64,000 nt of DNA, taken from Hormiphora californensis (lineage: Eukaryota; Animalia; Ctenophora). Positions within the stretch are counted from its first letter, which is position 1, and each line of letters begins with the position of its first letter. Position numbers and translations under genes: made by a program. A model generated the notes under the pieces. That model ran no database searches, was not told the DNA's origin, and was given only the letters and a program-made list of their open reading frames with translations. Below are positions 51,201-60,394 of the stretch, piece by piece. The stretch lies in contig CM035359.1 of assembly GCA_020137815.1 (NCBI GenBank), forward strand, positions 3,906,001-3,970,000. The letters are read 5' to 3'.

Positions 51201-51305
51201 GGTAATGCGGTGACTACGGTTCGGGCTCGTGACATGGTTGGAATTAGGGCACAACTCATGCACCGCATTTACACCCATGGGATCAACACTGGGTACATCG
51301 TTTAG
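39235..51305 (+). CDS. Spliced SGNH hydrolase - repeat linker - Rep/Helicase - C48 protease protein (~3,495 aa, 11 exons)
   Basis: Exons 39235-39264, 39369-39675, 39773-39957, 40305-40436, 40643-40774, 40973-41146, 41298-41426, 41521-41664, 41802-41930, 42048-42264 and 42397-51305. All are GT-AG, phase-compatible and free of stops, totalling 10,488 nt. Confidence 0.75.
39369..39957 (+). CDS. SGNH/GDSL hydrolase domain (exons 2-3 of the element gene)
   Basis: Block I VVLSDSL, block II SG, block III MVGTNDL, IPPR, and block V DGLHL in the next exon. Confidence 0.85.
39997..40147. mobile_element. 151-bp near-perfect palindromic MITE in intron 3 of the element gene
   Basis: aacatccctactaaaatatagttcgacgcgacgcg... 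is mirrored by ...cgcgtcgcgtcgaactatattttagtagggatgtt. Confidence 0.8.
42576..51305 (+). CDS. Helitron RepHel ORF (HUH Rep plus Pif1-family SF1 helicase) with C-terminal Ulp1/C48 cysteine protease
   Basis: Rep motifs FFVTCSPAEFDW, EYQTRGTVHYHFLLW and YVSKYCLKAE. Helicase motifs GFGGTGKS, IIDEISM, GDLLQLPPV, QFPV...TVHKSQGLSL and GQVYVALSRV. Protease motifs HWILVIVD, YFDS and QQDNTYDCGVF. Confidence 0.97.
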   Translation: MSQPHSTIHTNHSQSDSSEQRNQSQPVTTSVSRHVTYNHSEKGIARKVAHLVRVLSTPGHIEHMRALSARRSRTRRARKASGDRWVKHYALYLRRRSRMHQQSKDRLNRRKGIMARGLRLRNTIRGNISFPVDFDIRGSNRKVALSVIRSHDTSRTPESVTRSFRLNKSTIIHGRSKCRLPILPLSRHKFIVKSKSRMGTASRANFYIAAQKTLGNALGHFSRSALHNINKVLFDETPPPKPICSKNFMVARICKSLIGRCLERRDQWVKIVYSATSDLIDNAAAILAKQDLTNMEDSELLGGATHGVGFEPFFPQHSFLNGKHYKFDKSKGSSPCTVDCIPADQDDIQSFKELLSIVECSNVSRGRELSMLLVKCSNQLTRSSEQDRYLLNVEHSNHPETCYRPQSLCNSKLVLLKRLAVHYAVPRQFLTCVSRLNMAHNFICDLDSAVSAGDIEYLMKLLAYIPYISPTIIKLDRCSVHVNEDTMNEKYGSHFQTFVESISNLSETACVSCTRLILDSESILLTPRIITPRLKNPMSGYSKLFQYLNSSDRKRKGYNPVSKLEGMRVCNYCHTRLIKGEVPRIGIENHMDPGVVPECIRKLTQIELMFIKPMSMYQSITYCGAVGGYVRKSEQQRRAKGHAIYLPVPLNDTIEKLMLCSGKPRKLLDIPSHVKLIGIPKADRSTWMRLININLIYECLQWLKANNPNYCDIVIPESADCLLDFLADIPTSDESSNGNCSNGSHHSGDVPSVIVSQGNGSNSTDELISIDLDATSSSYTSDEVGAPGVKGCAVATRKRALVDDSSCEEGEGRCHHSGSGSAPSMIVSQGNGSNSTDELISIDLDATSSSYTSDEVGAPGVKGCAVATRKRDLVDDSSCEEGEGRCHHSGSGSAPSMIVSQGNGSNSTDELISIDLDATSSSYTSDEVGAPGVKGCAVATRKRALVDDSSCEEGEGRCHHSGSGSAPSMIVSQGNGSNSTDELISIDLDATSSSYTSDEVGAPGVKGCAVATRKRALVDDSSCEEAEPSSKRGGMADIATTNVILDICRRLIASCTLCKKCRVDINKTRLDLGTFGYVTYSSSDLRKLLCDLRLSYLSLNCRSVVCSISNCNAPLNGRKKALKKVGKSKNIACNIDSFCSTVELIRQNYIMSMEILDHLLIANQICKGCLSWLSKKAAVPDAAFMLVSIKSTKPMLNIYLLSERLYAYLNNMKCLNGLKASGQCHHCLGVVPDELSKELFNSTDCISGEEGIIGATSMFQQLSQLINCTRSSCDSSTLPGRKNAGGCDTGPVKSSNLDSAKTNKDIDTDIDTDIDTESNSSLSKSLSGSAAESAVSFDSFPGLSDINDDVIKNGPMIEKMNRDDFLNFVDSYTVTGIDQQTDDPYTDLYKLLKVDSKPGDFNDPLIENLCFPELFPFGEGTKSDARGEDSDAKVGHLLYEKARLLSENGTFRRNIPYLFYLASQNEKRKIGQGISAALRNVSGFGSLTSRQILDMIQNNDEKLIRHMTRTMSNIPGTEQYFSSAKVKLRAQTEKFGPPTFFVTCSPAEFDWKELTAHLRERNKDIPDVDRLSDSELIARDPVTASSYIHRKFDALLKFIVESKCLGEVKSWFVRHEYQTRGTVHYHFLLWIKDAPVIGKDSDENVANFLSERITCRIPDAVNEPKLHRIVTKFQKHRCGPYCKKKFRHRNGHFISTQCRFSFPRSPSKVFKLHDVKDTIVGRRSGNLKKRLYSLPRTKDEVNINDYNAVISYLWEGNIDIQFLSEKSFSVSAYVSKYCLKAEKSNLNFSIENTTGNNMTANQQFHKFVYSCLRQREMSAMEAADRILHNNGEMWRSSETFEWVPTVSPGHGRRRLMKKYKDLEGQDPNSTDVFIPDMIHVFYPNRPQCLDDMSLHDFVSTYERLYGKTGGDVLIRDPTTKKVLARFKKRAKQPIIYHHRYSHRTKPEKFYYSLLALHKPWRTEGDILGPSATYEAEFFRCIADRSELKSRAEAIINIEQARETMEQRVNEDLTKGPESQQCSDGIENDALIAFEASRSGAAVSSDELETIIQTLNIDQRSIFDLVVDKVTNDKQLLLYVSGFGGTGKSYVLKAITSYIRLHNKDVLLAGPTGLAAKNISGMTLHSIFNLLVEHGCQPKYSALKKPVLDQMRAVFKDLQCIIIDEISMVSNVLLLYVHFRLNEIFAPGGGQLFGGKHVIVFGDLLQLPPVMAQPPYVTLPEIEVHKLTNGLPQEINLWQHFEFKELTINQRQKGQENKLYSDLLGRLRLGACIPDDFSMLNSRVINLGGTSPEELRKSLVDRYLSVAQIEPSVVCLLPKRSMVKDFNGAIMARNFPDAEKVEAVDEVEQSGRKNKKLEKNIMDAVRKLDDEGDDRNTGALEKVLFLAPGVRCMLRQNLDVPNGLTNGTIGTIVTLQRDNGGVVDKLVVQFDGCKEPVTIHREKRKIMVFTNGYFYREQFPVTVCYSMTVHKSQGLSLKSAFVDIGLSIFEAGQVYVALSRVTSMAGLHIINLAPAKIFARKDALVVYKHMGSKPLHDSVRPGNQEPVEPGPGERIWYTTASSRLARSTIKSTISNMASKVKDKVKRTLKGPLPTTTKNPSKRCHSDVLSVTSDNLSSHIDAVFAITSRSSYFHNFTRIEIATIYSDLILPTAQLVAAGRVPSTLRCELSLQLNPDPFSVLSYTRYKWLSGSLMTRYIWYLQDTIQNLSMYSMGYGVEESYGIVGLNKSEEHFSQKRFCLKQYSLNGTAARYSRRGEIVKAGHPMDKDLVVVLGNPGNHWILVIVDNRPSKRCVLYFDSASKSIPNSLKKRRCQKYVAFIKKWCDYLPIKYGVCSSAGGIMDTATYRFTNLDGKSNQQDNTYDCGVFALSNLEQYLLGNAVTTVRARDMVGIRAQLMHRIYTHGINTGYIV
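44807..45651 (+). repeat. In-frame 216-bp (72-aa) tandem repeat, about 4 copies, inside RepHel
   Basis: tcatcattcagg recurs at 44807, 45017, 45233 and 45449. The peptide unit is ...NSTDELISIDLDATSSSYTSDEVGAPGVKGCAVATRKRALVDDSSCEE. Confidence 0.95.
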
Positions 51306-51650
51306 TAGAATATTTTCTATTATCATTATTGCAATTTCTTTTCTGTGAAAAGTGATTTATGTGAAAACCGATTTTTCTGTGAAAACTGATTTCTGTGCAA
51401 ATGAATTCTGTGAATTCTGTGAATGTTTCAAGAGCGATTAATTGTGGCAGATTCTGAATAACAATTACATATTCAAACCTGAAAACTGTATTTTACTAAT
51501 GTCTTATTCCAAACCTTAGGCAACGTTCAACACGTACTAAAACGAATGACGCACCCCCCTCCCAGCTAAACTGCTCATTGCGCAATTTATTGAACCTGTA
51601 CACTACCTCTTGGATAATCGTATAACTAACATAATCACTTCCCATTTAGA

Positions 51651-52756
51651 ATGGCGTTGCTAATTGTTATGATATTTCTGTCGGCCAGTGCAACTAAGGA
51701 CTTCATAGTGTACGAGAAACAAGCGATGCTCCTAGTGAAGGACGACATTGTTCCACGTATGTAATTGTGACTTTTTGTTGGCTGTACTACTGTGTGTAAC
51801 ATAACGTATGTGGTCTTGGTAAGTAAGTATTTACATTTCCTGCCCCTCTCCGTGTATTTAGAAGGTATTTCATATATTAACACCTACAACCATCGCAGAT
51901 TATGGGGATGAGACTCTACTGAGGCTTCACCTTGTTGTACCTAAGCCTGCCATTATAAGGCCAGCACGAATGCGACTTGCGATCAAAGCTCAAGAGGATG
52001 TGGCCACATTACGACTCTTTCAACCGTAAGTATTATAATATTATAATATTAATAATAGCGGATAGCTTTAGGAAGTCTACAATGTTCTAGTGAAGACTTT
52101 ATTATTATTAGTAATTACAGCTACTATCCAGGGGCCAGGTCTAGATGGGCTGAATGGTTATTAGCACACGTCTAGAATTGAGGGAGGATTTCTTAATATG
52201 ACGTTTACCAAAGAACATCATACTCAGGAATCTCATCATTATGTTCACCCAGGTGTATAAAATATTGGATGGACATGGAAGATACTTTGATGGAACGAAT
52301 ACAATCCTGTTCTTGTCAAAACCCGACAAGTAAGTTGAACACTGCTTCTAGAGCCAAATCTTCTCAGTTTGACTTGGAACTACGTGAATCCAATTGAATA
52401 ATACCATTTGCATTATAATAATATAATGTACAAACTAAATTACGGAATTTTCAAATAGGAAAACGAAGAAAGGCCGGGTCCACCGCTGTCAGCAGAGATG
52501 GATATTTACGAGGCCTCATGATGAACGATGCTGAAGTCCGTAAAGGCCTCAAAAATCAGGTAACATAAGCCTCATGCTAAATTATGTGGTAATAAAGTCG
52601 GACAAACTCCAATTGACTCTAAAATGGCATGTGTCCTTTCAGGTTAAGATCAACAAAAACGACATAGTGATACATATGCTATTCGCACAAGAACTGAAGA
52701 TCAAATGGGAGATCGATAGCTGCATGGATTCTGCAATTGATTACTTCGCACAGATT
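51651..52756 (+). CDS. Spliced secreted or membrane protein gene (5' part) with signal peptide and furin-like RKRR; possibly envelope-like; exon 3 disrupted
   Basis: Exons 51651-51756, 51899-52025, 52121-52329, 52459-52559 and 52643-52756 have compatible phases. The protein starts MALLIVMIFLSASA and contains PTRKRRKAG...GYLRGLMMNDAE. Three in-frame stops lie at 52173-52196. The 3' part is lost in noisy sequence. Confidence 0.45.
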
Positions 52757-52797
52757 GTAAGCATCTTCATACTCCTTCTCTCACTCTCTATAATCTC

Positions 52798-52849
<52 letters not shown>

Positions 52850-53029
52850 CTCTTCCCCCTCCCCCCTTTCCTCTCCTCTCCTCCTCCCCTCTTTTCCTCT
52901 CTCTCTCTCTCCCCTCTTCCTCCCTTCCCCTTTTCCCAATTTTTTTTCAATTGGGGGCAAAGGAGGGGGGTCACGGGGGATGTTTTTTTTGGGGGAAAAA
53001 AAAATGAAAGGTTTTAATTTTTTTTCAGT

Positions 53030-53061
<32 letters not shown>

Positions 53062-54990
53062 CAGGAACGGGAAAAATGGGATTTAAACCCAAATAAAAAG
53101 GGGGTTTGGGGCCCTTTAACTTTTGGGTTTTAAAGATTTTTCTTTTCCATCCTTTTCTTAAAAGGGGAAAACTCTGAAATTCAGAATGGGAAAAAGGGCT
53201 TTTTTTTAAAAAAAATTACCCCCTTAAAATGTTTTTCCTTTTATTTTTTCCCAAAAAACAGCCACGGGTAAATAAAAGGAGTGGCAAAAAATTTGGGGAT
53301 TCAAACCCAATCTTTTTGTTTTTTTCCCAATTTCTTAAGCAGGGCAATCCCCTTGCCTTTTCTCCCGGGAAATTTTTTTAAAAAACAGGTATGAGGTTTA
53401 AAACATGTTGGGTCGTTAAAGGTTCTCCCCCCCTACGGTTGCCAAACCAAAACCCATTTCTAAAATCAAAATCAAAAACACTGCTCGGCCCAAAAAATTA
53501 AAAAAACCCCCCATTTCCATAGGGGGTTTAAAAATGGTGATGCCCTTTTTTTCTCCACCCCGTTTTTCCCCAAAGGGAAAGGGGGGGGTTGTCTTTTTTT
53601 TTAAAAGGAAAATTTTTCATAAATTTTTCTTTGCCCCCGGGTTTCTTCTCCCCGGGGGGGCAGCTGCCCCCAATTGTTTAGTCTTTTCTTGGGGAAATTC
53701 CTGAAATAAAATCGGGAAAAAACTGCAGACCCCCCTCTAGGGAAAAGCGGGCCCCCAACCTAACTTTTAAAACAGCGTTCCGGGGACACTTTTTTCAGTA
53801 AACCCCGGTTTTGGGGCCCAAACCCCCGGTAACTCAATATGAAGCTTTAATCATCACCGCCTTTTTTTTTAAAACTACACTTTTTTATACTTTTGGTTTT
53901 CAGCAAAACCCGGTTTTATTTTCCGGGAAAAAATTGGGGTGCCCCAGTTTTTTAAAAAAATTAAATCCAAACCCCAAGGTTTTTCCTTTAAAAAGGTTAA
54001 TTTTTAGGGTAATTATCCCAAAACCCAGGGCTCCCTTCCCCTTTTTAAAAACCCTAAAAGAAGTTTTTCATCAAATAAAAAAACCTTGAGAAAACAGAAA
54101 AAACCGTTTTTAAACAAACACCAAGTTTTCCCGGAAAAAAAAATGCAGCCCAGTTTTTAAAAAAGGGTACACACTTTTTAAAAAAAAAAGGCCCGGGTTA
54201 TCAAAATTTTATTTAAATTTGCTACCCCTTTTTGCTCAAAAAAGTTTATTTGGTTTTTTGTTTTAAATTAAGTTTTGGTTGTGACTTTGTTTTAAGGTGA
54301 AAAATTTAATATTTCCCCCCCGAAAAAAATTTTTTTTTAACAATTGAAAAAACGAAAAACCCAATTTTTTTAAATTTTTTTAATTGTTTATTTATTTTAA
54401 TCTATGTTATTATTTTTTTATGTTTTATTCCAGTTTTAAACCCTTTAAATAAAGTTTTAAATCAGGGGTATTCTATACCAGTGGCAATCTTTTTGGCACA
54501 GGCTTTTTGACGGGAAAAAGGGGATCCAAAAATAATTTTCTTCTCTCTCTCCTCTCTCTTCCTTTCTCCCTCTCCTTCTTTTCCCCTCTCTCCCTCTCAT
54601 CCTCTCCCCCTCTCCCTCTCTCCGCCTCTCCCTTTTCCCCCCTCCTCCTCCCTCTCCCCTTCTCAAAACCCCTCCTCTCTTTCTCCCCCCTCCTCTCTCT
54701 TTTCCCCTCTCCCCTCTCCCCTCCTCTCTCCTCTCTCTTTTATCTCTCCCTCTTTTTTCCTCTCTTTTCTCTCCCTCCCTTCCCCCCCCATGACCCCCAA
54801 ATTACAAAAAAAAAAAAAAAAACCCAAAAAAAAATACGGGCATTTGTTTTTATAAAAGATCCCCCCGCGCATTTTACCAAAAATTTTGGGTTTTGGCCGG
54901 GCAGGGGCCCCACCTTCCGACATTTTTATTTTTATTTTTCCTTTACAAAATTATATTGGTGTTTTTTAAAGGAAAAAAAAATAAAAAAAT
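52850..54990. other. Low-quality, homopolymer-inflated sequence
   Basis: Abrupt excess of A/T/G/C runs and degraded (CT)n tracts, unlike the flanks. This pattern is typical of unpolished single-read sequence. Confidence 0.8.
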
Positions 54991-55180
54991 GCATGATACT
55001 AGATCCAAAAACCAAACAAGTTTGGTGGATAACCGGGGCCTCTCACTCAACAATTATATCTCCCTCTCCCCTAACTTTTTACTCGTGGGTATAGTAATTC
55101 TCTCTCACTCACACACATTCTGGTATAATATCAATTGCAACTGGTTGCACAGCATTTTTATTGAAGGGGATCTTGGCCGT

Positions 55181-55323
<143 letters not shown>

Positions 55324-55708
55324 ATCCTTTCTCCATTTCTCTCTCTCTCTCTCTCTCTATCTCTCTCCCTCTCTCCTCCTCTCTCTCTCTCTCTCTCTTC
55401 TCTCTCCCTCTCTCTCTCTTCTCTCTATTTCTCATCCTTTCTCCATTTCTCCATTTCTCTCTCTCTATCTCTTCTCTCTCTCCCTCTCTCATAATTAAAA
55501 TACGTGCGAAAGATTTGATATGAAATTCGGGGCCCGGGGTGCTATGAAATTCGCGTTTCCATGATAACCAGCTATTTTTACAAGTCACACAATTCTTAGC
55601 CACGGCTTTGGTTTTCTGAGAGACGCAATAGGATAAGACACGCTGAGTTGGCTGAGTTAAAATAATTACTGAGTTATACAAGTTATACATGAATTAAAGT
55701 TAAACAAG

Positions 55709-56164
55709 CTAGTCAGACAGGGTGGTTTCGTTGGTGGATGTTCTTCCAGCTCGTCTATATCGGATGTCGGACTGTTGGATGACGTATGTGTAAGGAAATA
55801 ATCGGACAACTTTCAGCAATCCCAGGAAGGCTAGAACAAGGCCGGCAGCCACTCCGGCAGTATACCAGTCAATGTAGATCCCAGATATAGGTTGGCTAGT
55901 CGCGGTTGGAGTAGTAGAGGGAGCTGTTGAGGGGGCTGGTAGGGTGCAGGACTCCACGACTGACATGGCAGCAAACTCTTCCTCCGCTGGATCAAAGATG
56001 ACAACTGTCGAGGTACTAGAAATACAGTTCTCTGTCTCGTGACATAGGTTCGTCGTTTCCTCAAGGTCCTTGAACAGCTCCACTGTAGAATTGATGTTGA
56101 TGAGGGTAACGCAGGTCTGGTATCCGCAGGCGGCCGAGATGAAGAATGGAAAAAGGAAAAGCAT
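55709..56164 (-). CDS. Small intronless type I membrane protein (151 aa)
   Basis: Signal peptide MLFLFPFFISAACG, Cys-containing ectodomain with N-x-S/T site, S/T/P-rich stalk, TM helix AGVAAGLVLAFLGLL and basic tail. A TATA-like GTATAAAA lies about 35 bp upstream. Confidence 0.7.
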   Translation of the reverse strand: MLFLFPFFISAACGYQTCVTLININSTVELFKDLEETTNLCHETENCISSTSTVVIFDPAEEEFAAMSVVESCTLPAPSTAPSTTPTATSQPISGIYIDWYTAGVAAGLVLAFLGLLKVVRLFPYTYVIQQSDIRYRRAGRTSTNETTLSD

Positions 56165-56285
56165 TTTGGAATAATCTACTGGTTTTCCGGATATGTTTTA
56201 TACAAATCTACAACAGATCTCGTGTAACAGTTGTAGTGAACTCGGGTAACAGTTATTCGACTACAAGTCTCCGATAACCGCACAA

Positions 56286-56407
56286 GTTATGGCGATAATG
56301 GGTTTGCTACGTGATACCACCCATTATCGACAGTGTGTCTTGACACGTTATGGCGATAATGGGTTTGCCATGTGATCCCACCCATTATCGATAGTTTCAG
56401 ACTCATG
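56286..56407. repeat. Two tandem 61-bp units, each forming an 11-bp hairpin (cgataatgggt/acccattatcg)
   Basis: Units start at 56286 and 56347. The stems are identical while loops and spacers differ. Confidence 0.85.
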
Positions 56408-56665
56408 TTATTGTAAAACTGCTGCGACAGTGGTAAGACATTTCACCCAAACGAGGAAAACCAAAGCCGTGGCTAAGAATTGTGTGACTTGTAAAAATAG
56501 CTGGTTATCATGGAAACGCGAATTTCATAGCACCCCGGGCCCCGAATTTCATATCAAATCTTTCGCACGTATTTTAATTATGAGAGAGGGAGAGAGAGAA
56601 GAGATAGAGAGAGAGAAATGGAGAAATGGAGAAAGGATGAGAAATAGAGAGAAGAGAGAGAGAGG

Positions 56666-56712
<47 letters not shown>

Positions 56713-56746
56713 GAGAGAGAGAGAGAGAGAGAAATGGAGAAAGGAT

Positions 56747-56890
<144 letters not shown>

Positions 56891-57386
56891 ACGGCCAAGA
56901 TCCCCTTCAATAAAAATGCTGTGCAACCAGTTGCAATTGATATTATACCAGAATGTGTGTGAGTGAGAGAGAATTACTATACCCACGAGTAAAAAGTTAG
57001 GGGAGAGGGAGATATAATTGTTGAGTGAGAGGCCCCGGTTATCCACCAAACTTGTTTGGTTTTTGGATCTAGTTGTGGGATATGTATAATGCACATTATC
57101 CGGAGAGTTATATATCGTGACCGAGCTGAGGGCATTATTATGAGACCAACATAGAAGTCAGTCAATGTGTGTAACATAACAACTACACACTGCACACAGG
57201 CAACTCTTCTACATTCCAAGTTTATGTTGCATAGCAGAGTTCCTTTATTTGATTGTACATGTACCGTGATTTATATGCTTTGATTAATTTGATGGTTTTG
57301 ATTCTGTCAGTTTGTGAAAATACCGCACTGCGATCAACTTGATATCGTTTCATATTATATATCCTGTCTCATTGTACTGTGAACAA

Positions 57387-60358
57387 ATGCGGATCCATGA
57401 CAGAAGATTCAAGTTCATTGCCTGTGGATGGGCTCTCCTTTTAATCACCTTTATCCTTCCATACAACCCACCCGTAACTGAGGATACTCTTGCTGGTGTG
57501 AAACAATCCAACAACAAATCCTCTGAACAAATCCAAACATTATCTGACAATGATTCACCCCCACCTGGAAATCAAAATGATCCGCCCCGACCCAAAGAAC
57601 TTCAAGAGGAGAGAGACAAAAAGCAGTTGTTTGTCATCCTGGTGACAGGTTTCAGAACGGGGTCAACCTTTCTGGGTTCTATCTTCAATCAGAATGATGA
57701 TGTCTTGTACATGTTGGAGCCTCTTCACCAGTCACATCTAGGGAGCTTGGCCATGAAAGGATTGATTCAAGGTGATTTTGGTAAATTCTCGTACATTATT
57801 CAACGCTTTTCCCATTTAATATGAAATTGAAGTTTTTGCCGGTGTCTAATTGTCTCAATTTCTACAGGAGTAAGTGAAAGCAGCACTAACTTGGATCAGC
57901 AGATAGCTTATCTCACCCAGATAATAAACAAATGTGACGTTGGATTTCCACATGCACCACACTTGAGTCGATGTAAGTCTGTCTTTCTATCCGTCTATAG
58001 ATAGATACAGATCTGTCTGTCTGTTTGTCTGTCTGTCTATCCGTCTATAGATAGATATAGATCTGTTTGTCTGTCTGTCTGTCCGAAACATCTAACTCCC
58101 ATCCAGCAATGCAATGTGATACCCCAGAGGAGAACGTGAGAAGATGGGGAGCTGAGAAATGTGATGTGGAACGGTGGAACATAGCATGCAAAAAGATGGA
58201 TTTCGTGGCTCTAAAGGTGAATTATGAATAGAATATAATTAGGTAGACACCAGAATTTCTTGCCTTGTTCGACCCTCCTCCCCAAAACAAAGAATTTCAT
58301 ACATTATTTTCAGGTAATCAGACTCCAGAGAATAGCACACCTGGCACTGGTACTAGGTATTGAGAATGCTAACATCAGGGTCATTCATCTGATCAGAGAC
58401 CCTCGGGGAACAATGAACAGTCGGCTGCCTTTTGAAAAGTTTATGCTTGATGTGAGTAAGGAAAAAATAACTCTTTCTTTATTGGCCAAAACTTAGATAT
58501 TTTTACGTATCTATGTAAACAGTAAAGGTATTTTACTTACTTACTTCTGCTTCTGGTTACTTCTGATGATTCGCCGCCGTTTACACTCCGACCGGGGTAT
58601 CGCTTGCTTGCAACTCCCCGTCGTTCAGTCTCATGTCTAGTATAGAGTTCCTGGAGCTTCGTACATATCCCGTAACTGGGGGACAGTCCGAAAACGACGT
58701 CAGGTATCTTGACAGCTGAACTTTGAATACCTGGAACTCGTCAATTTGATTAAGTTTTGCAGGTAAACAGTTCCATAGTCGTGGTCCCATAACAGCAAAG
58801 GATCCGTCATATGCTGTCTGTTTGGCCATAGTGGACAGTTTGGTCAATTTGGGAACCACAGCTCGAACTCCAAGTCGGCCTCCAGTTGTGAACCTTATTT
58901 TGAGGTCATTGGAGACTAGGCCGTGCATGATCTTCCACATGTGGAGAATGGAGTATCTCTCTCTCCTGCGCTGCAGGGAGCTAAGGCCCAGGTATTGCAG
59001 TCTCTGCCAGTAATCCATCCCCTTGCACTCAGAGATCCGTCTGGTGAAGGAGCGTTGCACCCCCTCTAAAACCTGGATATCCTGGATCTTGGTAGGATTC
59101 CAAAGAGGGCAGCAGTATTCCAGCAGGCTTCTTACCATGCTCTTGTAGAGGGTTACCATAACCCCTCTATCCCTGGTCGTGAACACACTAAACACCCAGG
59201 CTGCTTTCCTCTTAGCGTTTTCGGCGATGGTAGCGATGTGACCGGACCAGGTTAGATCAGAATGAACAAGCACGCCCAAATCCTTAACCGAGGACATAGG
59301 TTTCAGCAGCCCTGCTGAAGTGCTGTAGCTCAAGATATCAGCAGTAAAAGGGAGATGGTGCATGAGATGGTCACGTTCCTTGGATTCTATTGCTCTGCTA
59401 CAGATAGCCTTGTGTAGTTTCCTACATTCCGGACCCTTGGCACAACCTTTCTCTCCTTTCTTCCCCCAGGGGACACATAGTTTCGGATGAAAAAAGTCAC
59501 ACCTATCCTTACCGTCAGCAGATTTCTTCCCAGTTATGCCATGAGGACACCTACCCTCCTTGAGCAACATACAAGTAGTTTCGCACTCGTTTGGGAATTT
59601 TTCCGCCTCCTTCTGCTGTTTCGCGAGATTGGCCAGTGCTTCCAGCACAGTCGGATCGTCAGCATTCACCTTCTCGCTTGCCTCATCGTTCATTTTCGTT
59701 TTCCGTTCACTACCGGGCTCAACAATCGACAGACTGTTATTCCTAGACCTTCCAGGCGTATTCAGTCGCGATGAGACCTTGGTAGTAAGCGGTGTACCCT
59801 TTTCCTCATCTTTGGGAACACAGCACGGATCACATATCCAAACTTCTCCTACCAGGCTTGAAGCTTCATTTCTGGAAGTGATTACACTCACCAAAGGTTC
59901 ACAGTCATGGGAAGGTTGGTGACAGAGAAAACACCTCAGAGGAACGAGGCCATTCCTCTTGTGCTGGTAGATGTCGTTACATTCAGCACATTTGACTGGC
60001 ACGGTCAGGGCTTTGAGCTCCTGAGCAACCCTGAGAGCAATCCTGGGCTTTGTTTTCAGCTCTATGTCCTTAACCCCCTTTTCACCATATAGGGGAGGAA
60101 TACCGAGAAACTCCGCGAATTCATCGAGAATGGGTCGGTTAACCTTTGATAAGGACGCCTTATTGGCCCACACAGGTTGTGATGTATCGAAGTGTGTCAA
60201 GCAGGTTTTAACAGCTTCCGGACCAGTCCGAATCATCTCCCCGAGTACTTCCTTGGCTGTGCCATGTTTGTCATGATTGGCCATTACTTTTACCATAGGC
60301 TAGATCCTCAAATTAACTTGTTTAAAGTAGTGTTGAAAAGTTTGTTTATATTGGGATC

Positions 60359-60394
<36 letters not shown>

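Noticed and set aside
53811-55094. ORFs inside the noisy block
   Set aside because: F/K/P/G-rich translations of homopolymer-inflated sequence.
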